A stretch of DNA of 51,887 nt, from the NCBI GenBank assembly GCA_044360745.1, contig JBIKJU010000001.1, positions 1-51,887 of the forward strand, given 5' to 3'. Shown here one piece after another: positions 19,136-26,940 of this stretch (positions are counted from its first letter, which is position 1; each line of letters begins with the position of its first letter). The notes beneath the pieces were generated by a model. The model did no database searches. It saw nothing but the letters and a program-made list of their open reading frames with translations, and was not told the DNA's origin. This DNA is from Chitinophagales bacterium (GTDB taxonomy: Bacteria > Bacteroidota > Bacteroidia > Chitinophagales > LD1). The translations under genes and the position numbers were made by a program.

Positions 19136-22100
19136 TTAACGCAATAATGCAAAATTTCCAGAAACATTATTTATTGTAAAGCCTGAAGGCTGACTAGCAT
19201 CTGGCACTGTTACTTGAATATAATAAGTATAAGTATCCATTGGTGCTGGTTGGCCACCTACATTTCCATCCCAACCTGGTGATAATGGTCCGCTATACAC
19301 TAGCTGACCCCAACGATTATAAATCCTCAACTCAGAAACATAGGCAGAAGACCCAGGAGGGAAAAACGGATAGAAAAAGTCATTTTGACCATCGCCATTT
19401 GGTGTAAAGGCATTTGGCAATCCATATAATCCTGGAGGAACTACACCAATAGTGATGGTATCAAAAGCTATGCATCCATGAGTTTGATCTTCTAGTTTTA
19501 AAACATAAGTAGTAGTCGTAGATGGTCGAGTCCACGTAGTTTGAGCATCAGGATTTGTGACTGATGAATCTGGTGTCCACTCATATTTCGGATTTGGGGT
19601 GTAATTAGTGTTTATGATAACACCATTCAATCGGGTGCTATCGCCTAGATTTACAGAAGATGCATCTGATCTTGCTTCTACATTTAAGCAGTAAACTCCA
19701 AATGTTTGAGTAGCTGATGCAGTACAATTGTTACCATCAGTTACTGTTAATTCATAGGTTCCAGAAGTAGTTACTGTTATTTCATCAATAATAGAATTAG
19801 TAGACCATTCATAAGTAACTCCACTTGTTGACTGAACAAAAGGAGTTACTAATTTGCTAAAGTTGCAAGAACACACATTCGTATCTGCAGGCAATATCAC
19901 AACTGGTGGAGTAGCTGCATTGATGACTACTTGGTCAGTTCTTATACAACCATTTCTGTTTGCAATAACTTCATAAACTCCAGCTGAGTTAACTGATATA
20001 GAATCCGCAACACCACCTGGTGTCCAAGTATAAATCACTCCTGACTCTAAACCTGCATTGATGGTGATAACATCGCCAGGACAGATTGGATTTTTAAACT
20101 GATTGAAATTAATAACAGGGTTAGCATCAACGTTTACTACAGCAGTATCAGAGCGTAATAAACATCCATTTGCATCATTAGCCGTGTAGAAGTATATACC
20201 AGCTGTTCTAACTACATTTAACTGAGTTTGAATATTATTATTCCACTGATAATTAGTTAATCCAGCGTTGGCTTGTAATACCACTGAATCTCCATCGCAA
20301 ATTGTAGCTGCACCAACAGCAGTTATTGGAGAAAGAGTAAATGCAGATAAATCAAATGTATCAGAGAAGTAGAAACATGCAGATCCTGCACTTCTTACTT
20401 TTACAAAGTATGAATTTCCTGGGAAAGCATAAATAGATGGTTGGGTAGAAATTACAGTATTCCCAGTAGCTAAATTATACCACTCATAATCTGTATAAGG
20501 GCCCCCATTAGGAGCTATCAAGAATGAGTCTGTAGAGCAGATACTTCTATCGCCTGGAAGATTCACTGGAGGATGAGCAAATGTATAAAGTGTTATAGAA
20601 TCTCTCACTACACATCCATCTATATTTGATGCAGATACATTAAACTGTGTATTATTAATAACTGTGGCAATAGGATTAGAAATTGAAGGGTCAGATACCT
20701 GATTAGCTGGACTCCAAGTGTAGGTAACCCCTGGTCCTGTCAAATTTAGCTGCGCTGTACCACCTGGACAAATAGAGTCTGGAGAAACAGTTAAAGTATA
20801 TGGGAAAGTCGATAATGTAACACAAACAGTATCACGAGTGACACAGCCATTATTGTATGTTACTTTTGCCTCGTAGCATGTAGCCCCAACTGGATTGGCA
20901 GCAGGGTTAAAAATTGATGAATCACTTAATCCAATTGAAGGAGACCAAGTATATGCAATTGGAAATGCACCATTATATTGAGGTGTAAAACGATAGGCAT
21001 CTGGCGTAGTGGTTACACTCCAGTTTTGATTATTTCTACCAGTCACAGTGACAGCAGCAGTTCCTGTGGTATTCTCAATACCTTGTACTTTATTAGCTGT
21101 AATTCTGTTTTGTAAGAATGTGTGAACTTCTACTACATTGGTGGTTTCATAAAGTTGAATTTCACCCCTTACTATATTAGTTGTGAATAAAAACTGAACA
21201 TTATTATATCTTATTGTAAATACACGATTAGGAGCTACGCCAGTAGTAAAGTACTCTACACTTCCAGCACCGCCAGTAAATCCTGCAGTAGATAAGTCCG
21301 CATAACATAAGGCAATAAGATTATTTGGCGTATTCGCATTTGGTAGTGCTTGAGGAGTACCTACGCAAGTAGTTGGATTAAAAGTGACATAACCATTTTG
21401 AGTTATGTTAATTTGATTATAAGTATTGCAATAAAACTGGAATGGGAATGGTAAAGTTACTGGTCCTGCAAAACGCTCATGATCCAATCCATTACTACAG
21501 TTTTGATTAAACACAACAGAAGTAGGGCTTACTGCAGTCTTAGCACTATAAGGAATAGCAGCTAAAGAATAGTTTGGAATACATACTGGAGTCACAGGAT
21601 TTACTTGAGTTACGTTTAGTTGAGCAGCTTGTCCACAAGTCACTACATCTTGCCCTGCAGTTACTGCCACATTAGGATTTATCGCAAGATCGATAACTGT
21701 GTCCCCATTACAAAATCCATTGTCTACAACGAGCTGATAGCGAGTATTGGCCGAAAGCACTACCTGCGGATTAGCACAGTTAGTACAAGAAATATCTGGA
21801 ATAGATGGAGTCCAAGTATAGTTGTAACCAGATACAGGAGGAATACAAGAGCCAAAAAGCATATTTGGGCGATCTGCTAAAGATATCGGTGCCGTCAATG
21901 TACACCCTACACTTCCATCAACTTGTCTATAGATAGTGGCACCTGCAAAAGCATTTGTAATTCTCACAGCGTCATTTGTTCCTGCAAATGTTGTATTATC
22001 AAAACACATCTCTACTATGATGTTTGACAAACCATCCCAATCATATGGATTATCAAATGTATGTGAATTCCATGAATTAGCAATTGTAGTATATGGGGTA

Positions 22101-24196
22101 GGATTGGCAACAACAGATAACCCCTCTACAAAAGTAGTTAAAGAATTTAAGCTTGTACATCCCATTTTAATCGTAAAACCATTAAAAGGAACAGTACTCC
22201 CTTTTGTTGCTACAAAAATGCTTAAATCTGTGATAGTACCCGCTTGCATACCAAGAGCTTGAAGCTCTGAAGCTCTAAACAAATATTGTGTTCTACCATC
22301 ATGCCAAAAGTTTCTGTAAGGCCCTGCTACTGTATTTGTACCTGTACCAGCACCAATAGTGGTATTTTGAAACTGACTACCGCCCGGGCAAGCTGCTCCT
22401 AATCCACCTGGTGTAAGACCACATTCAATATCTAATATTCTTGAAGTAAGATTAATAGTATCGCCTGGGCAAATGAAATTTTTATTAGCAAAAATTTCTA
22501 CCTTAGGTCCTATACCACTAACGACTATAGTTATGCTGTCTTTTCTTACAAAACATAAATCTCGAGAAGTGACTTCTACTCTATAAGTAGTTGTAACAAG
22601 TGGTTTTACCACACGAGTGTTTGTTGTTATAGCAGTATCTAATCTTACTCCGTTTACAAACCAAGTATAGGTAAAAGGACCTTCTGCTAATGGAGAAGGA
22701 GTCAATGTGAGTGTAGAAGTAGCATTTTTACAGATAGTATCATCAGAAGCTGAAAGTGAAGTAAAGAAGTCATTTGCAGCAATTATAGTAATCGTATCTC
22801 TATCTTTACAGCCACCTTGTAGATTGCCTATTGCTATATAAGTAGTAGTTACTGATGGCGCAAACTGCACAATTGTACTATCTAGATTAGCAGAAACCAT
22901 TCCCACAGGAGGTCCTCCAGCGAGAGTTGTCCATCTAAATCGGCTAGCACCTTGGGCGTTTACCGTTACTGGCCCTCCAACAGGGCAATAACCCTTATCG
23001 GGACCCAATGATACTCCTCTAAGTACAACAATGTTATACGTGTAAATTTGATTTCCAGGAACTGGACAAACGTTATCAGAAATTGTCATTGTAAAATTTC
23101 TAAACCCTGAGTCAGCAGGAGATGGAGACCAAGTAAATGTAATACGAACTGAGTCGTTTCGTCCATTAATAGGAGTAGTAACTAATATAGCACCAGGCAT
23201 TGAAGTAGCAATATTTGATGTTACTGTAATGGGTTGACCTGTAGGGTCAAAAGCTACTACATTAAATGTAGCAGTAGTACCTGGGCAAATACCTAAAGTG
23301 CTATTATTAACTACTAAACCACCAGAGGAATTACTCGAAGTAATGTTTGGAAAAACAACAGGTGGGATATTACTACAGTTAATAACTACAATCTGAATAT
23401 CACGCGTTGTTGTACCAATCAAGACTCCATTTCTATACTCATCTACCCGTATAGCTATTACATAAAAACCAGGAGTGGTTGGTGTAAAATTAAATTGCCC
23501 AGTTTGAGAATTGAATACAAATCCTGTAGCTGTAGGCATTGGGTTAGTAACTGAAAAAGGAGGAGTATAACCAACTGGTACATTTAAAGCATCTAGGGGA
23601 GGGACTAAAGTATATACCAACGAATCGCCATCAATTTCAACTGTACCATGACTGTAACTATAAGCTTGATTCACACAATAATAGGGAACTGGATAAGAAG
23701 TAAAACGTGGTCCATTATTACATATATTATTTGTAGTATTAATTGTAGTATTCACATATAAATCTAAACTCTGAGAGTTTGCAATATTACTTGAGGTATT
23801 TCTGCAACATTCTGCATATCCAATCGTATATACACAACCAGGAGCTAAGGTTATATTGGCCACATAGGTAGTTCGGGTTACACCAGGATTTGTCCCTCCG
23901 GCACATGTACTCGGTACGGTAGAACATAAGTTAGAAACCTCAATAACTGGAAACGCAGGATCTTGTGTTAAGGTTAAATTTTGCGTAACTCCTCCACAAG
24001 AAGAGGTAATAGTAACTGGTATAGAAGTAGGAGCACTAATACCACTACAGTCTCTATAGAATTGATAAATAATCCTATACTGACCATTACCTAAACATTC
24101 ATAGGAGATATCTGCTCCCATGGCATGGGACGCGTATGTCTGATTAGAAAAAGAAAAAAATAAAGATATGATTACTGTGTAAAAAAACTTCTTCAT
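19136..24196 (-). CDS. Giant T9SS type-B sorting-domain (gliding-motility-associated C-terminal domain) surface protein / adhesin
   Basis: 1686 aa. The C-terminus has NAFTPNGDGQNDFF...IYNRWGQLVY...GWDG...YTYYI. The N-terminal Cys-rich module has SHAMGADISYECLG...YRDCSG. Many Ig/PKD-like repeats with paired Cys. Confidence 0.9.
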   Translation of the reverse strand: MKKFFYTVIISLFFSFSNQTYASHAMGADISYECLGNGQYRIIYQFYRDCSGISAPTSIPVTITSSCGGVTQNLTLTQDPAFPVIEVSNLCSTVPSTCAGGTNPGVTRTTYVANITLAPGCVYTIGYAECCRNTSSNIANSQSLDLYVNTTINTTNNICNNGPRFTSYPVPYYCVNQAYSYSHGTVEIDGDSLVYTLVPPLDALNVPVGYTPPFSVTNPMPTATGFVFNSQTGQFNFTPTTPGFYVIAIRVDEYRNGVLIGTTTRDIQIVVINCSNIPPVVFPNITSSNSSGGLVVNNSTLGICPGTTATFNVVAFDPTGQPITVTSNIATSMPGAILVTTPINGRNDSVRITFTWSPSPADSGFRNFTMTISDNVCPVPGNQIYTYNIVVLRGVSLGPDKGYCPVGGPVTVNAQGASRFRWTTLAGGPPVGMVSANLDSTIVQFAPSVTTTYIAIGNLQGGCKDRDTITIIAANDFFTSLSASDDTICKNATSTLTLTPSPLAEGPFTYTWFVNGVRLDTAITTNTRVVKPLVTTTYRVEVTSRDLCFVRKDSITIVVSGIGPKVEIFANKNFICPGDTINLTSRILDIECGLTPGGLGAACPGGSQFQNTTIGAGTGTNTVAGPYRNFWHDGRTQYLFRASELQALGMQAGTITDLSIFVATKGSTVPFNGFTIKMGCTSLNSLTTFVEGLSVVANPTPYTTIANSWNSHTFDNPYDWDGLSNIIVEMCFDNTTFAGTNDAVRITNAFAGATIYRQVDGSVGCTLTAPISLADRPNMLFGSCIPPVSGYNYTWTPSIPDISCTNCANPQVVLSANTRYQLVVDNGFCNGDTVIDLAINPNVAVTAGQDVVTCGQAAQLNVTQVNPVTPVCIPNYSLAAIPYSAKTAVSPTSVVFNQNCSNGLDHERFAGPVTLPFPFQFYCNTYNQINITQNGYVTFNPTTCVGTPQALPNANTPNNLIALCYADLSTAGFTGGAGSVEYFTTGVAPNRVFTIRYNNVQFLFTTNIVRGEIQLYETTNVVEVHTFLQNRITANKVQGIENTTGTAAVTVTGRNNQNWSVTTTPDAYRFTPQYNGAFPIAYTWSPSIGLSDSSIFNPAANPVGATCYEAKVTYNNGCVTRDTVCVTLSTFPYTLTVSPDSICPGGTAQLNLTGPGVTYTWSPANQVSDPSISNPIATVINNTQFNVSASNIDGCVVRDSITLYTFAHPPVNLPGDRSICSTDSFLIAPNGGPYTDYEWYNLATGNTVISTQPSIYAFPGNSYFVKVRSAGSACFYFSDTFDLSAFTLSPITAVGAATICDGDSVVLQANAGLTNYQWNNNIQTQLNVVRTAGIYFYTANDANGCLLRSDTAVVNVDANPVINFNQFKNPICPGDVITINAGLESGVIYTWTPGGVADSISVNSAGVYEVIANRNGCIRTDQVVINAATPPVVILPADTNVCSCNFSKLVTPFVQSTSGVTYEWSTNSIIDEITVTTSGTYELTVTDGNNCTASATQTFGVYCLNVEARSDASSVNLGDSTRLNGVIINTNYTPNPKYEWTPDSSVTNPDAQTTWTRPSTTTTYVLKLEDQTHGCIAFDTITIGVVPPGLYGLPNAFTPNGDGQNDFFYPFFPPGSSAYVSELRIYNRWGQLVYSGPLSPGWDGNVGGQPAPMDTYTYYIQVTVPDASQPSGFTINNVSGNFALLR

Positions 24197-24490
24197 TATT
24201 GATTTGTTTAGAATAATTTACGAAAATATAAAAAACCTTAAAACTTGCCAACTAAAATGGACAATTTTTATTTAAAAGATGATTTTTCCACATAAAGAGC
24301 CGTATTAAAGTTTGGCACAATTTTTGATATTGAATAAAATTCTAATTTTGCCACTCAATTCATTAACTAACAAAAATGAAAAAAGAGATTTTTTATATAA
24401 AATAATCAAATCAATTTTTACGATATCTTTTTAAAGTTCAGAAAAAAACCTATAAAAATGTAGCTTTATGCACTACTAATCAATTTTCAA

Positions 24491-25075
24491 ATGCTTGGTT
24501 TAAAACTTCCGACCGACCCGAGATGGGCCAATTTAGCTGAAAAATCTATAGAAGAAATCTTGACTGATCATGCATACTGTGAACAAAAAGCAGCGTCAAC
24601 TGGTATATCGCTTGTGCAAAATTATCCTGACTTTGAGGATGTAGTTGAGTTAGTAACTCCTATAGTCACTGAAGAGTGGGGACATTTTAAAATGGTGGTT
24701 GATCAAATCAAGAAAAGAGGTCTCAAATTGGGACTTCAACGCAAAGACGTTTACGTTAACAAGCTTGCCAAATTCATAAAAAATGGTGGTACCCGTCAGC
24801 AATCACTAACTGATAAACTTTTATTTTCGGCTATGATAGAAGCTAGAAGTTGCGAGCGATTTAAGGTCTTATCTCAATACATTTCTGACAAAGACCTCCA
24901 ATCCTTTTACAGAAATTTAATGGTAAGCGAAGCAGGACACTATCGACTGTTTTTAGATTTAGCTATTAAGATATCGGGTGATAAAGAAGCAACAATGATT
25001 CGTTGGCAAGAATGGTTAGACTTTGAGGTAGAAATCATAAAAAGTCTAGAATTGCGAGGAGATAGAGTTCATTAA
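24491..25075 (+). CDS. miaE: tRNA-(ms2io6A37)-hydroxylase MiaE (ferritin-like diiron protein)
   Basis: 194 aa. N-terminal LKLPTDPRWANLAEKSIEEILTDHAYCEQKAA. Diiron ExxH motifs EEWGHF and SEAGHY, plus EARSCERF. Confidence 0.82.
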   Translation: MLGLKLPTDPRWANLAEKSIEEILTDHAYCEQKAASTGISLVQNYPDFEDVVELVTPIVTEEWGHFKMVVDQIKKRGLKLGLQRKDVYVNKLAKFIKNGGTRQQSLTDKLLFSAMIEARSCERFKVLSQYISDKDLQSFYRNLMVSEAGHYRLFLDLAIKISGDKEATMIRWQEWLDFEVEIIKSLELRGDRVH

Positions 25076-26886
25076 TTTTGATTGACCATGTATATCACCA
25101 CTCGGTCATTATTATAGTCAGTCTCTGAACAAGGTCTATTAAATCCGCAATTTGATCTGCGCTTACTATCCCCAAGTGATATAAATTTAATTTGATTTTG
25201 ATTTACGCCAGCAGCTACAAGGTATTGTGCAACTTGTGTCACTCTACTTGTTGATAATGGGTTGATGAAATTTTCATCAGCAGCCGAGAGTCCAAAAAGT
25301 TTAATTGTATACTTTCGATTTTCTTTCATCAGTACAGAAAGCGCTGTTAACTCCTCAGTAATACTCTCTGATAAATCACTTTTATTTTTTCCGAAATATA
25401 AAACAGGTAGATCAGAAGTTATTTCCAATTCCATATTTTCAGTCATAAAAATATCTTGTATTTTAATGATCTTATCTTTTGTAACGGATAAGTCTACGAG
25501 TTGTTTTGATATTTTAAATTCATCTTTGAAAAATGAAATAATATAAATCTGTCCACTATCTACTTCCAATTCAAAATATCCATTTACATCAGTATTCATT
25601 TCTTTAGAAAATACGCTGTTTACAGGTCGAATACTCACGTTTGCAGATCCTATAGGTAATTGATCAGAACTGTTATAAATCTTACCGGTTATTATAATCT
25701 TACCTGCTCGTGTAAATCCAGTAGTAATTTGTGATTTTTTGGTTGTAGTAGATAAGTCTATCTGATTACCGCCTTCACTTTTAAGCTTACTTTCATAATA
25801 AGACATTAACTCTTTTTGAGTAGTCTCATAAGTTTCACGTTTCATTTTGTCATACAACTGCTTGTTTTGCTCCTCTATTCTTTTTCTAGCTTCTAAAACC
25901 GCATTGTTTTTAATTTCTGTACTGTCTAATGGTGTCTTTACATTATCAAATTTATTGGCTTTTCTTTTCGCCCGTTCTAACTTTTTATTTTCTCGTTTCT
26001 TTACCTTTGGTACTTTCACAATGGTGCTTTGAACCACTGGAGGCGGATTCAATTTTGCATTATTAGTTGGCTGTTTTAAAACTTTCTCCTTAGATAACTC
26101 TTCGCCTTGAGTTAAAGGAGTAGTGGGTTTATCTAACACTATTTTTTGCTCTGTACTACTAGCAATGATTGATACATTTTCTTTTGGAGTATCTACGCTT
26201 TTCTGTACAATCAAAATAGGTTTTATTTTAGAAGAATCAAAGGTATATGATACATTTCTAGGATTAGTATATCCTCTAGATTTTGGCAATTTAATATCCA
26301 GTTTAAAATCTAAAGGAAGAGTAAAGCCTATCGTAGAAACATAAAAACTGGTGTCTTGAAATCGATTGATTATTCCTTCAGAAAATTTATCTACTCTGAC
26401 TTGATAATTCGTCTCAAAATCAAGTTTAAAATTATAGTATCCATCTAACCCAGTCGTTTGAAAAACCTCTTCTCGTGTCATAACATTTTTCATTATAATA
26501 ACTGCGGCTTTAATAGGTAAATCTTGCTCCTTATCTATTAATTTACCCATTAGCCTCATGCCATTTTTTTGAAGGAAAATGGTATCGTTATAAAACTCAC
26601 CTTTTTTGATTTTCTTAGAAGAAATAGAAATCACAGTATCTTTAAATCCAGGATATGATACTGTCAAAAAGTAAGTTCCACTGCTTGACAAATTAAATTT
26701 TAGTCCCCCATCAAAATATGTTTTACCTTTAGCTACTACTAACTCTGAGTTAACAACTTTATAATCTGCATGAAATAATGGCTGACGTTCCCCTTCACCC
26801 TTATAAACTTTTGCCATATAAGTCTGAGCACATACTGAAAAAGACAAAACCAAAAGGCACATTAAAAAGGAAAACTTTTTGTTCAT
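25072..26886 (-). CDS. Outer-membrane-associated protein with CarboxypepD_reg-like beta-sandwiches, a Lys/Glu-rich linker and a degenerate OmpA-like C-terminal domain
   Basis: Signal peptide (LVLSFSVCAQ). Segments such as GKLIDKEQDLPIKAAVII...TGLDGYYNF and GKIYNSSDQLPIGSANVSI...TDVNGYFEL. The C-terminus reads LYFGKNKSDL...LSTSRVTQVAQYLVAAGV...NDRVVIY. Confidence 0.65.
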   Translation of the reverse strand: MNKKFSFLMCLLVLSFSVCAQTYMAKVYKGEGERQPLFHADYKVVNSELVVAKGKTYFDGGLKFNLSSSGTYFLTVSYPGFKDTVISISSKKIKKGEFYNDTIFLQKNGMRLMGKLIDKEQDLPIKAAVIIMKNVMTREEVFQTTGLDGYYNFKLDFETNYQVRVDKFSEGIINRFQDTSFYVSTIGFTLPLDFKLDIKLPKSRGYTNPRNVSYTFDSSKIKPILIVQKSVDTPKENVSIIASSTEQKIVLDKPTTPLTQGEELSKEKVLKQPTNNAKLNPPPVVQSTIVKVPKVKKRENKKLERAKRKANKFDNVKTPLDSTEIKNNAVLEARKRIEEQNKQLYDKMKRETYETTQKELMSYYESKLKSEGGNQIDLSTTTKKSQITTGFTRAGKIIITGKIYNSSDQLPIGSANVSIRPVNSVFSKEMNTDVNGYFELEVDSGQIYIISFFKDEFKISKQLVDLSVTKDKIIKIQDIFMTENMELEITSDLPVLYFGKNKSDLSESITEELTALSVLMKENRKYTIKLFGLSAADENFINPLSTSRVTQVAQYLVAAGVNQNQIKFISLGDSKRRSNCGFNRPCSETDYNNDRVVIYMVNQN

Positions 26887-26903
26887 ATAAAATTCAGTAA
26901 AAC

Positions 26904-26911
26904 CAAATATA
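26904..26911 (-). promoter_or_regulatory. Bacteroidetes-type -7 box (TATATTTG on the minus strand)
   Basis: Exact TAnnTTTG match with 17 nt between the box and ATG 26886, inside the 54-nt uvrA-downstream gap. Confidence 0.35.
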
Positions 26912-26940
26912 AACTAATTTATAAAAAATACTTCCTATTA

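Noticed and set aside
21620-22262. Plus-strand ORFs of 86 and 108 aa within the giant adhesin gene.
   Set aside because: Antisense to a continuous 1686-codon frame with clear domain signatures.
24313-24353. TGGCAC-N5-TTGA resembling a sigma-54 -24/-12 element, and a TGGCA...TGCCA inverted pair 31 nt apart, in the adhesin/miaE intergenic region.
   Set aside because: The -12 element lacks the conserved GC (TTGA, not TTGC). The inverted half-sites are only 5 nt long and widely spaced. The same stretch can equally be read as an ordinary TTTG-N16-TAATTTTG promoter. This is too weak to call.
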